From assembly GCA_020536535.1 (NCBI GenBank), contig JAHLWZ010000856.1, positions 1 through 64,000 on the forward strand: a DNA stretch of 64,000 bases, in the 5' to 3' direction. Shown here in pieces: positions 26,241 through 38,919 of the stretch. The translations under genes were made by a program, and so were the position numbers. The notes beneath the pieces are model-generated. The model was not told the origin of the DNA and did no database searches. It saw only the letters and a program-made list of their open reading frames with translations. Source of the stretch: Pelomyxa schiedti (taxonomy: Eukaryota; Protista; Evosea). How positions within the stretch are numbered: the first letter of the stretch is position 1; each line of letters begins with the position of its first letter.

Positions 26241-29200
26241 CTAGTCATTTTCTATGAGTTTGCGGGGAAAGTACGAGAATGGTATCAAGGGGGCTGTGTC
26301 TTCCAGGAGCATTGCAGTAAAGAAGCACTGTGTGGCCTTTTGGCAATCGTTGGTTGCTTGTGTGACTATGCCCATGTATTTCCATGCCTGCTGGAAGTTA
26401 GAGGACTTTGAACAAAACGAAGGAGATACGATATGGCTTTCAGGGTTGTTTCGTAGTGCAGTTGTAATGTAGTGTTCTGCAATTTGTGGGTTCCCGTTTT
26501 CCATTGCCTGAACTGCAACAGCAATTAAGCTGTTATGATGAATTGGGTCGACACTGAGTGATTTTTGGTACTAGGCAGGGAGGAAAGTAAGAGAAGGCTA
26601 AGGCCACCCCGCCCCAGAAGTTTCAACCAGTAAAGTCTTGGCTGGGGTAGTATCAAGTTCCGCTTCGAAAGCAAGAACGTCTGCCATGGAGATGGTGTGG
26701 TCACACAAGGAACTCCGGCTGCTGGTTAGTTTGGCCGCCTCCTTGATACAGTGCTGTGCATCTTGGTGTTGGCTAAGTCCTGGGATGTGTTAAGAGATTG
26801 GAGTCGCACTTAAAGATACTGTGGAAGCAGGTGGCAAGGGAAAACCAGAGAAACCCTTCTGGACCACAGTCTTTTTGGGAAATATCCAGTGTTGAAGGTA
26901 CGAAAGTAAGTTCCGTTCTTGCACTTCTCACCTCTTTTTTTCGGGGTCACAGAGTATTTCAGAGATAGGATTACTAACCCACGTTAGCGACATCTGTGAT
27001 CGTACTGGAGCGAAGTGAGAGGGTATCTTCTGCCCTGCATTTAAGTTAGTAATCAAAAAGAAAATCGAAAGTGCCCCAGTACTCTTGAGTTTTTGGGTTT
27101 TGATTTCCAGAGCAGGCTATGGCAGAAGTATATACATTGATGGCTCCGCGGATATCACCAAGTGTTTCAAGGATCTTGGCTTTAATTACCAATAGCCTGA
27201 AATGAGTGCACATTAATATTCCCCTAAGAGTGTGTTGTACCTACCTCAGATAGGTTGGAGATAGCAGTAGCCCTGCATTAACTACATCCATCGCAGCAGA
27301 AAATTCGTGCTTCGAAGTAAGCAATAGTGCAAGTAACGCATACGAGTCAGTGTGATTTGGGTTGAGTGCCAAGCACTCCCGTACACTTGCAATAGAATGA
27401 TCAGTCTACTAGGCATTTATTACCTGATTAGTAGGTGGGAAAAGTACCTGTCGAATGTCAGCCAGCTGCAAAGCGATATAATAAATGCATTGGTAATCGT
27501 CAGGGTCCATGGATGCCGCAATGTGAAGCTGTTCAAGTGCTTTGGCACAGAGTGCCTTTTTGTTCTCACAAGTTGTGGCTGGTTCCCAAAGAAAAACCGC
27601 ATTTAGATGTAGTTGAGGTGTTTTGAGGAGACAAACCTGTCAAAGCAGCTTTGCCATACGAAATCCCCACCATTAAATGAAGACGAGGTAGCATAGGTGA
27701 TGCTGGAGCTTCTTTACAAATATTTATCCCAGCATTCCCATGAGCAATTGCTTTTTGCGGCTGGTCATAGTGAGGCAGTAACCCCCAAGAGAGTTTACTT
27801 ACATCTTCAATATAATTGAGAAAAACTTTGGTGGCAATAGACTGAAGGAAGACATCTTCTGGTTCATATGCTAAGCACTCCAAGATTACTACAATTGCAC
27901 TACGGTATCTAGGGTTTTTTTTTTTGGTTTTGGTTTTTTTTTTTTTTAATCCAAACTGGACACGCAACCACTGCAACCTGCCTTCCACAAGCTATGAGAC
28001 TTAGAAAGAATTGTGCCCACATATGTGTCGTGTGAACCAGTCGTGATGAAATCTCCCTTTCAACTGCCTATTTGGCAAGGGAACCATCAGACCCGAAAAT
28101 AAAAGAAGAAATACTCTTATGAGATAGGGATACTGTTGTAGCCGTGAGTAAATTATGGAATAGGCATCATAAATTCCACTAGCATCCTGAGTTTGTTTAG
28201 TTGAAATTTCAATATTAAATTAATTTGAACCTGCTCTGCCACAGATTGCATTTTCTCAAGCATCATCAGAGATAAAACTACCTCTTCCTCAAGTGTTATT
28301 GGGACATAGTCTGTTTTAGACTCCGGTAAAGGTGGATAAAGTGCTGGCGTGCACTTGAAAAGAAGTGTATGAACAAGGGATGCCAGAAACTGAATATGGG
28401 TTTCTGGCAAAAGGTTGGCAGGTGCGTGCAACACTTTCCTTATGATTTGAATAGCATCCACAGTTTTTCCCCTGAGGTAGTCATTTAAAGTATGCAATAC
28501 AACGAGAAGTACACACTGAGACAAATTCAAATGTACAATGCAAAGCCAGGCCTTATCTGTATACTTTCTGCAAGCTGCAGGCATTAGTACCAAATCAGGA
28601 TATACTGCTTCTGCATGATGAAGCAGAAGCCGGTAAGTGTCATAAGCTTTCTTTTAAAAATAAGTTTGCACACTTCATTGTTTTTACAGTTGAGGACCTG
28701 CTGTTTATTAGCTGTGAGTAGTTTATCTGCACACCAGAGTAGTCCCTTTAGTACACCAACAAATTCCCGTAACGGAAGAACTTTGGGATCAAGCTTGTTA
28801 TCAAATCTGTTTGAATGAGAAACCAGAGGAAGGATGAAGGACTAATACTTCAAAAATAACTCCATAGCCTCATCATCGTGCTTGGTTGCCACTTTTATCT
28901 TAGCCAGTAATAGTCTTGCTTCCACATTATCTTCTCCAGCAAGGGAGAAAACTCGTTTTAATTGCTCTTCAGCTTTCTCTGCGCAGCTTAGTACTTCTTC
29001 ACCGGTAATAATGGACAAAGCAGAGGAAGCTGCAGCAGCTGCCGAGGTGATTCCGGATGCAGAACTTGCTGTTGCTGCTGTTGGCGTTGGAGTTGGAGTT
29101 GTAGTTGTAGTTGTAGTAGAGGGTGTTGTGGTAGTGGCAGCATTTAAGCTGTTGACAGCACTTGAAAGTGCGGGTGCGTTACGTGCAGCTCGAGCTCTTA

Positions 29201-29659
29201 TACTGGCAGTGCCGGATACTGTAGATAACATTTGGGAAACAGGAACAGTAACAGACACGGAAAGCGATGATGATCGCACCTGTGGTGACTCAATACCCGG
29301 CTGTGCATGTACGGGAACTTGCATTGGCGAAGAAACAAGTGGAGGCGATTGAGGGGTCTAGACCAGAAAATTAAAATTAAGCACAAAAGATTCGATTGGG
29401 TTAACATTAACACAACTCACACTGCATTCGCGTTTCGTGGGGGAGAAAAGAAACACCAAACCTCAGGCTTCTTTTTCCCCAAACAAGCCTTCATAGAAAC
29501 CACTTCCAGTTCAGCCAAACACAAAGGCTCGAGTGCCGTTCCTGGGAACTCCTTTGACAGTGCCTTTACGAGCAGGCTCACTTTGCTCCATTCCTTCTGA
29601 GACCTGGCTAGATCTATCGTCTGCTCGAGTTTCTTCTGCTTGGAGCTGACTTGTTTCAT
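26241..29659 (-). CDS. TTC7: Tetratricopeptide repeat protein 7 / YPP1-like (PI4K scaffold)
   Basis: N-terminal LEQTIDLARSQKEWSKV; TPR exons; C-terminal AMLLEDTAPLIPFSYFPRKL matches the TTC7 terminus. Confidence 0.78.
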
Positions 29660-29846
29660 CTTATGGTTATAACGAATGCCAAAACGAAACGAGCCACTGC
29701 GCCGGCAATTCCTATCACTGTCCGAATTATTTGTTTCCCTTTCATAAAAAAGGAAAGGAAAAAAAAAGACATAACGCGAAAACAAACGATCTGGGTGGCC
29801 TTTGTTTCGAGGTATTAAACGAGATCTCATTGTGGTGGCCGGAAAC

Positions 29847-31479
29847 CTAGGATCTGGTGTTGGACCTGCATAGTATGCCTCCGGTGAGGGGAACTTTGGC
29901 GCCGGTTGTCTTGGGGAAAGTGATAGGCAAACCGAGCTTGGATCTCACAGCCAAAAGTGCGAACGCTTCTGCCTCAAGAGAGTCCCCTCTCCAGTTCAGC
30001 CTGGAAAACCACTTGTTTAGTTGGCTCAATTTTAGTTAATTCATTGTTTAGAGATTCGAGTGGTTTCTTCAACCTTTCCACGCTATCCACAGTGGCTGGA
30101 GTCAACAAATTCTGAAGATACTTCATCAACGTGGGATTACTTCTTCCACCACCTTTTTGGCTTGTTTTAGTATGTTCCTCCATTTCTAACGCGTAAATAG
30201 GTAAGTACCCGTTACAAACCACCTTACAGGAGGTGTGGGTAGGTGCTCTCTAGCGGCAGCACAGGCAGATGCTGTCAAATACGTGAGAGTAGCTGCACCA
30301 TCGGCAGGACTATGGGTCTCTATTTGGTTGTAATTTACTTATTAATCTTCGTTTGTTTGGTACATATATCTCAGCTTTCGGTTGGAAAATACCTATTTCA
30401 TCTATAAGTTTGAGAAACTCTCCCCTGTCCAGAGACTTTGGTGGTGACCTTCTAAAGTAAGGTTTTTGCAATACCCGCTCTATGAAGGGTGTATCTATAG
30501 TCCCTGAGCTGGCAAGTACCCCTTTTTTAATTCTCAATGATCAAAAATTTGGGTAGGAATAACCGTTATAATCGCAAGGCTTTCCAGTGTGCCTTAGTGC
30601 CCAATCATCAATGAGCGCATTTCCAGGACCTGTGTCAAAAGCAACAACTTCAATACCATCTATAAAAAATGTAAGCGATCTCTTGGATAATTTGTTTTCA
30701 CACCATGCGCTCTCCATAGGCACGTAATGTTTGAAACCCCTCCAATGTTGAGAATTGCAACAGGATTTTCTGATATCTCATTGGCACCCTCTAGTAGGGC
30801 AGCATGATACACTGGAACCAAAGGGGCACCCTACAATACGATTATCAATGAAGAAACTGGTCTGGTTACCTGGCCGCCATTCTTGACGTCGTTTATTCTC
30901 AACTGATAGACTACATCTATTCCAGTTGCATTTGCCAGGTGCTGACCGTCACCAATTTGAGTAGTAATGCCAGCTGCAGGATTGTGATAGATTGTGTGCC
31001 CATGGAAACCTACAGTAAAAAAACGGTATGTACAGAATCAAATGAAATGCAAAAAGATTATGGAACCGATTATGTCTATGTCTGCAGGCGCATACCCAAA
31101 CTCCTCCATAAATGATTTCACAGCTTCGACATGATCATCTAGGTCGAAAAGCACATTGCCTCTTAATATTCCATGTGGTAACTGGTAAAAAACCTGTCAA
31201 CTGTCGCTCCAACGCAACTAAATCCAAATCAGGTGGAACACTGCCTCCCAATACTGCTATCCTCCTCAAGCCATCTGTGACCTGGGGGGGAAAAAGTCAA
31301 GTAGAATGCCAAACAACTAATAAGCATAGGCAACTGACGAGTTGTTTGTATTTGTAGGTCTTGTACTGGCCCAGGGACAATATCCTGTGACCGTCAGTTT
31401 CAATTACAGCCACATCAATGCCGTCCATCGACGTTCCGCTCATAAGGCCAATGGCACGCATTCGTGCAGCGGTGGCCAT
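29847..31479 (-). CDS. anmK: Anhydro-N-acetylmuramic acid kinase (bacterial type, intron-containing)
   Basis: [89 protein letters not shown]. Confidence 0.95.
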
Positions 31480-31529
31480 TTCTAAACAAGTTTTCTATTT
31501 TGCTATTTTCAAAAACCCCCACCGGTGGA

Positions 31530-32571
31530 TTAGAGTTTTTGAGTCTGAGGAGTGCGATCTGGTTGGGTTGGACTTGATGCTGTTGTTGGGGTTGTGGTTG
31601 TGGTTGTGGTTTCAGCTTCAGCTTCGGCTTCGGTTTCCGTGGTTGTGCTTTGCAAAACTTGGATTATGGGAGGTGTTGGTGGTAATGCATTTGGAGCCTC
31701 TGGCGAGTCATTTTCCTCCTGTTCCTCAGTGAGTGTGAAATGATGTGCAGAAGCTTCTTCATTGTCATCAGAGGGTTCGCTGTGTTCCTCCTGGTCTTCC
31801 TCTTCATCGTCATTTTCATCTTGTTCACTGCTACTCTCTTCTGCATCTTCTTCATTGCTGGCAAGGTCTTCATTTTGTTCTTGTGGCTCATGACACTCTG
31901 AAGTCGAGCTGGTTGTGGTGACAAGTTTGGATGGTGGGCTGTTTGTAATGACCTTTATGCGTGGTCTCTTGCTTGCTGATGGGGTTGCTTCCGTCGGAAG
32001 TTTGACAGGCTTTTTCTTCTTCTTTTTTTTTTCCTCAAGAATTCCAAGAGCCAGATTCTAATTGAAAAGTTCTTACGGAGGAGGAAGGGGCGGGAACAAA
32101 TAAACCATTTCAACGTAAGGTGATGCTTCATCATTCAGTACTTCAATATTTACAGCCTTCCTCCCTTCGTCAGTTTTAATCTTTTCAGTGAGTTCCTGGT
32201 TTGCCTTCGAAATCTGAGGAAGAAATTCCCTCAATCTTTGCAGAACTGAACTTGAAGGTTACATCATGTGAGTTGAGTAGTGTTGCCAACCAATATAATA
32301 AGAACGGCACCATATACATATATTAATATCAAAACATTATCAACATTATTAATGTTGTGAAGAGTGAGAGGCTTTGCAATATACGTGGACTAGGCTGAAG
32401 TTTCTCTGTGGCAAAAATTTTACTGCGAACCGCGGCGCAACTTGGAGGGGAGCTCCCCGTCACGACGAATTTTCCTGAAAAGAGAAACTGTGTAAAACGG
32501 CTGAATGATGTTTCGAACAAACCCCCACCTTTGGTTCTATCCACCCCGTCTAAGACGTTGTCGGTCGCCAT
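31530..32571 (-). CDS. NOPCHAP1/C12orf45 (DUF4598)-like protein
   Basis: SVLQRLREFLPQISKANQEL..NIEVL..YVEMNLALG followed by an acidic tail. Confidence 0.7.
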
Positions 32572-33006
32572 CAAATTTTGTTGGACGGAACTGCAATAAA
32601 TGGAAGCGAGAAAATTGATGAGCGCGAAACCCCACAGGAAAAAGAGTTCTTTCTCAAAATGGGGTACCGTTGCTGACCCTTGGTGTAAGTACCCAGACAT
32701 CAAGGAATAATCCGATCAAAACCACTTGATGTGTCCGCCGGAGGAGATCAAAACTGATCTTTTTGTGGGCAAACGAGTTGCTTTTATTGCGCTGCCAATG
32801 TGCATTTGTGCTTTGTGTTTCTCAAAGCCCCGGGGTTCAGTTTTCTGGTTTTTTCCTTCGGAAACTCGAGTCTTCAGTTCTTCGTTTTTCTCCTTTGATG
32901 TTCCTCATTCTCCCTTAAGCCTGAGCAAGGATAATAACCTCACAGAATAACTGGAAGGGCAGGAAAAAAAACAAAAAACAACACACTAAAACACAAACAA
33001 AACGCC

Positions 33007-34221
33007 ATGCCACAGTGCTTCTGTCACGGCTGCAACAGGTATTTCTCCACCAATACCACCACAACGACGGTGGTTCAGCCCCCTGACCACCAGGATGTCA
33101 CGGCCCTTCGCTGTCTACTGTGTGGTTCTGACTTCGCTGAGGAAGTTGACCCAGAGGACCCCCCTCGGCCACGGCCACAACCACAGCCACAGCCGCAGCC
33201 ACAACGACAACAACAGGAAATCGTCTCCTTCTCGGTGCCCCCTCAATCAACATCAACATTCTCAGGAACTGGGGGATCCACGAATTCCACAAGCTTCCCC
33301 AATTCGTTCGTGCTGAATTCCAACACTGGGGGTGGGGGAATGACTATCCAAGTGGGTACACTGTCTCCACAGCCACTGCAGCCACAGCCACAGCCTGGCA
33401 TGCCGATGCCTATGCCAGTGCCGCCCCCTGTGCATTGGGGCCAGACTCACTTCATGGTGCACACAAATATGTCTGGTGGCTTGCCGTTCCAGTTTTACCA
33501 GAACCTGCAGAACCTGTTCAATGTCGTTGCGGCAAGGCATGGATTGGAACCGGGGATGGGGATAGGTCCGTTGGGCCCATTGGGCCCTGGTGGCCTCCCC
33601 CAAATGCAGTTTGTCGTCGTCGCTTCTTTTTTTTCTTTTTCTCCCTCGGAGATATATGAGTCTACTAACTTGGGTTAAAATACCACCAGGCCAGGAGCAA
33701 CAGGTCTTGCCTCTGATCCCAGAAACTATGCCTGGGGAAACCACTTAAATGAGCTGATGCAGCAGATGTTTGATAACAGGTATCTTTCTGCACTGGTTTT
33801 TTTTTCTCCCTCTGCTGACCCCTTTACCAATAGTCAAGGGCGAAGTCGACCTGCATCTGCTAGTTCTATTTCTTCCTTGGCTGTTGTAAAAATCCAGCAG
33901 CACCATGTTGGTCAGTTGAATTTATTGTGTTGAAAAACTAACGGCCTTTCTTCACCTATAGATGATAAAGAAGAGTGCACAATATGTAAGGATGATTACA
34001 AAGTAGACGATGAAGTTACTATGCTGCCTTGCAAGCACCTGTTCCACCCAGATTGTATCAAGCACTGGCTAAATATGGTCCATTCAATTCACCTCAATTC
34101 CTCAACTCCCTGTAGCTGACTTTTTCACTTTTTTAAGCACAACACATGTCCTTCCTGCCGACACGAACTTCCCACTGATGATCCTGAATATGAGGCACAT
34201 CGCTCTCATGAGAAGAGCTAA
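33007..34221 (+). CDS. RING-H2 E3 ubiquitin ligase, RNF115/126-like
   Basis: N-terminal [16 protein letters not shown] zinc ribbon; C-terminal [39 protein letters not shown]. Confidence 0.9.
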
Positions 34222-34407
34222 ATGCTACTGGGTTTAGAAGAGGAATGGTGATTGGCAATTGGCCATTGGCTTTCTCGTGGAAAGAGTGAAGCTTCTAGTG
34301 GCAAACCTCACCATTCCTTTGCTTGCCGTTTGTACTTAAGTAAAACTTGTCCTCAAAAGAACGCCTCTGTGAATTTTAAAAGAATTTGGTTTTGCACAAA
34401 AGGAGTG

Positions 34408-35325
34408 TTACGAAATACAGCAGTTAGATGGCTCTTTTTTTCTTGGATGAGGGGGTGGATGTTGACTTCGGCGAATTTGTCTTACAGTTTCAAAGAAAGC
34501 CTGCTCAATATTTATTCTGGTCTTTGCAGAGGTCTCTCTTTAACGGAATGAGTGAAAGAGGATACAGGGTTATAGTAGAGGGGAAGTATACATAAAAGGA
34601 ATTTCGAATGATTTAGCCATATCAGCGCCTTCCATTGTTGTGACTTCACGTGAGGTTTCAAGATCACACTTGGTCGCAACAAGGATCATGGGAATTTTTT
34701 CGTTATCTCTTGCTCTTAGCACTTTATCCCTAAACAAGAATGTAAAAAACCTTGAGGTATTGGCGATAGTGCAGTACCTGTAGGATGGAATTTCTTTAAA
34801 AGAATTACGTGATGTGACACTATAGACAAGTAGAAAAGCCTGGGCCGTTCGTATATACCTGGTACAAGTGTGAGTTGTTTTTTGTCTGGATTGCTTCGTA
34901 AGTTACGAGTCACTCATTGCACTGTATTCTTCCTCACCGGCTATAAAAATTTAGTAAATATGCCGGAAACTGTGGGAGCCAATACCTGTATCAAGGATAT
35001 CTAGCAAGCATGGTGCCTCCGAGTCAACTAAACAAGACTTTCTGTAACTGTCCTTTTGTTTTGTTGTTTAGTCTGGCTGTAATAGTTGAAAACTGTAGTT
35101 ACTCTGCACCTCTATAGTTGGATCCAGGTCCCCTGCCCAATAACTCAACAAACAATAAGCAATAGAAAAACCAACGAACCAACGAATGCATTTTGCGTGA
35201 ACGTTAGAACCAAGGAAGACTTGCCAACTCCCCCACCACCAAGAACAACAAGTTTGTGTTCCTATGCAGTTACAAAAAAGTCATATAGTTTTTTCATTGA
35301 GCACTGCACTCACAGTGACACTCAT
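34408..35325 (-). CDS. Ras-family small GTPase
   Basis: KLVVLGGGGVGKS, DPTIEDSYRK, LDILDTAGEEEYSAM, TKCDL, TSAK, CaaX CCIS. Confidence 0.92.
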
Positions 35326-35421
35326 GGCTGGTTACTGCGTCCGCTCGGCAGTTTTTTTTTGGTTTGTTTAGTTTGGAAAAATATCGATGCAGGTTTACTT
35401 GAACAAGCGATTATTTTTGAA

Positions 35422-37258
35422 CTAAGTTTTTGAAGGGGAATTGAACTTGAAAAAAGAGGTGATCAGCTTGGTTCCTTTGGCGGCTGTTTGGTTCCTCTTT
35501 TGCTGAATTGCAGCTGTATCTACTCTGGCTCGTTTCTTGGCGCCCTTTTGTGGTTGTTTGTTTGTTTGTTAGTTAGTTAATTGGGGATGTAATTTACTCC
35601 TCACATCACTCTCACTTCCTTGGAGAGGGGAAAATACCGGAACGGCGACCGGCGAAACCGGGTCCCCTATGGCTGCAAATGCACGAGCTTCCTCGATATC
35701 ATTGTGGCCTCTCTTATTCATTGGTGGTGCAAGTAAGGAGGAAGATGCGGTTGGTTGGTAGTCTGGTTCACTGAACAACCTGTAAGTTTTTTAAATAAAT
35801 GGAAGGAGGTGTACCCAACAGCTGTGCACAATTTTTTAAACCATTTTTCGTCTAGATATTCAGAGAGGATACCAAGAGCTGCTCGCGTCAATCCGCTTTC
35901 ATTGTCCACTGAGAAAAATTAAAACAGAGATTCACTGTAGGCCGATACCTGTTTGACTTACGGCAGCAAAATGCACAGAAGACGACCCACTGTAACAGAG
36001 TTGTGGTGCCAATTGCTTTACAGCTTGTTTGGTGGCTTCAAATTTCACTCCCATAAGCCACTTCATCACAAGCTCATCACTCAGTCGATAGTACAACTCT
36101 CCTGCGCCTGAAACTGGAATCAGAGATAAAAGGAATAGAAAGGTACATTCTGATGTGTCACACAGAGTCTTGATCTTGGTACATGAGCCACGCACCACCT
36201 CAGCCAGAGCGGGAAAGGCTTCACAGCATGTGCCGCAAACAGCAGTACTGGATTCACTTGATTCTGATGCAATTTGAGTTGGAAGAGGACAGTCAAGCAA
36301 ATCTTCCAGTGCAAGAAAGCTGTTCTGTCTCTATTTGGGTGTCAGTAAAAGCGGATCACAAGGAACGCTAAAGAGAGATACTTTCTTTTGAACAAGATTC
36401 ATCAAGGAGAGGCAGAATTACAAACAAAGGGTCTATTGGCGTTGCAATAATCAAAGTACCATCTGGGGTAAAAGCTTCTAAACGATTTGTAGTTTACACT
36501 GTTTTCCTATACCTGAAATGACTTTGTCTCCAATAAACCAAGAAGATGGTGTACAATTAGAAGTCTGCAGCTCAAATAACGATATTGTTGATCTCTTAGG
36601 TGATGGTGCTGTGTGTATTTGTTCACTACTGGTCGAGACTTGGCTTGAACGAGCTTCTTCCGAAAGTGCAGTGTTGCTGGGTTCTTTGTTGGATTGTAGA
36701 ACTGTAGTGTCCTCTGATTTGCTCGGTCTCGTTGCAGATGTTGGCGAGATAGGTGTTGTCAAAGTTTGGTCACCAGAGCTCGAGGTGTGGCGAGATTCCG
36801 AATTTGGACAAGTGGCAGCCTCACACGAGGTGGATTCCACCAAAATGCATTGCAAACACCGGTCGGCTGCCTGAGGGCCTGTCAATTCCCACTCTTCGTT
36901 AGGTGCATCAACAAACTGATAAGGTTGAAAAGAGGGAGGCTAATCCTCACATGGAGCGTGAAAGAATTTCGGGTTGGGCAGGGCAACGACTCTAAACGGC
37001 TTATTCTCATCAAGTGTCAGACCTGTGCTCATTAACAACAACAACAACAACAACAAAAAAAAAAAGCAGCAAACCCTGGGGTGCTATTAATACGCGGCGC
37101 TGGCGGCGATCTGCCATGCACCCGTCGTCCCGCCGCTGGCTCGACGACGTGGTCGTAGTGCGAGAGGCCAAGGAGGGAGGCGCAGTCCCAGAGGGCGTGG
37201 GTTCGTCAGCCTCGCTGCTCTCGCCACCACTGTCGGACGAGAAGTCGCTCCCACTCAT
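35422..37258 (-). CDS. RNASEH2B: Ribonuclease H2 subunit B
   Basis: SWFIGDKVISDGTLIIATPIDPLFVILPLL, YYRLSDELVMKWL, ALGILSEYL, C-terminal KGTKLITSFF PIP-box-like motif. Confidence 0.88.
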
Positions 37259-37434
37259 TTGATGGCGAAATCTGCAATCTGGTCTCGGTGCTGGGGATGA
37301 TGAGCTGTACCCCTCCTGGAGGAGGGTAGCTGCTAAAAGGACATTACATTGGTGGCGCGACATAAATGGGGACAAAGGTGTGACCTGGGAAAGAAAATAA
37401 CCCTAGTTTTGTTGTGGTTGGGATTAGTGGCATT

Positions 37435-38837
37435 TTATATGAGATGCTCAGCTGTTGCAAAAGTCTGCAGGTTGAAGGGGGAAAAGACTCCCTTCTCAGA
37501 AATAATGGCACTCACTAGTGTGGGTGGAGTGATATCGAAGGCAGGGTAGAATCCAGAAATACCCTCCTTAGCTGTGCGCACTCCCATAAAGCCGAGTGAC
37601 TGAACTATGCGTTAGAGAGCGGAAGGAGGGATGGAGGTACCTCAGTTGGATCCCGCAGCTCAATGTGAACATCGTTGACTGTGGGGTGCAGAGGAGAGGG
37701 TTCCCGCATGCAGTAAAACGGAATCTTGTGGTAATGTGCAGCAAGAGCAATTTGGAAAGTTCCGATTTTGTTGACCACATATCCGTCAAGGGTGATGATG
37801 TCAGCAGCACAAATGAAAACGTCGACCATTCCTCGAGACATTACGTAGGCTGGCATGTTGTCTGTGATTACAGTTGTAGGTATCCCAAGGTCATGCGCGC
37901 AACTGGCTGTAAGACGTGCTCCTTGTAAGAATGGCCTTGTTTCCGGGCATATGATAGAAATCTGCTTTTGGTAAACAAGAAGTAACTAAACACATGCTGA
38001 ACATTTTTGCCGGCTTCTTTAGCAAGAAGCAGTGTGAATGCTATATAAGTATCTGCAAAGCATTGGGTCAGAATTCGACAATTCTGAGGTAGGAGTTTCA
38101 CAACATTGGCAGCACTCCTTCTAGCCTAATCCAAAGCACCAATGAGGTCAATGAGAAAGAGTAGTGTGCTATACTGATGAGTAACTTGCATCCAGCCACT
38201 TTAAAACATGAGCTGCTGTGGCAGCTTCATAATCCTCACCATTAGACAGAGCCTAGTGATGGGGAAAATTTATCCAAAATGGTGAGAGTGAATTGAGACT
38301 CACGGCAATAGCTACAGTTTTTAGCTTGTTAACATGTTTTTCCATTGTGGCTGAAGTAGTTGGCCGGGCATGTGACAATTTGTATGCCGCCGTCTCAAGG
38401 AATTCCTTAGCCTGATCCAAAGCCTACGAATGGGAAAAGAGGAGTCAGTTCTAGCCCCATCTCCGCAGAAAAAAAGAGTCGAACCAGCGGCTTGGACAGT
38501 CTTGCAGCCAGAACCATACCCTGAGCAACAGCCACATATGGCCCCAAACTCTGTGTCACCATGTCTCTTACAGCGTTGGCAACATCTTCTACACTGCGGC
38601 ACACCACGAATCTGCCTTGTGCGTCAATACACACTTCACACAAATTAAATAAATAAAAATAATGCAAAAGTAACAACAGAGCAGGGCAATATGCCAAAAA
38701 AAAAAAAAAAACAAGTACTCAGTTCGTGCAGGGTAGCAACGCCTATCGAGGATAGAAACCGTCGACGTGGCACTATCAAACCTCGCCACGTTGTCATATC
38801 TAAGCAAAAACGGCATGCCTGCGTCCATGTGCTCCAT
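37435..38837 (-). CDS. mtnA: Methylthioribose-1-phosphate isomerase-like (eIF2B-alpha/MtnA family), bacterial type
   Basis: ILDRR, DMVTQS, ARPT, TQCFA, PETRPFLQGARLTA, ITDNMPA, NKIGTFQIALAA, IELRD, AFDITPP. Confidence 0.9.
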
Positions 38838-38919
38838 CTTATTCTTCGAAACTGGTTTTATTGTTAAGAAGATAGCAGATTATAAGAAGTTGAAAAAGGC
38901 AATTGTTTGGACACTTGCA

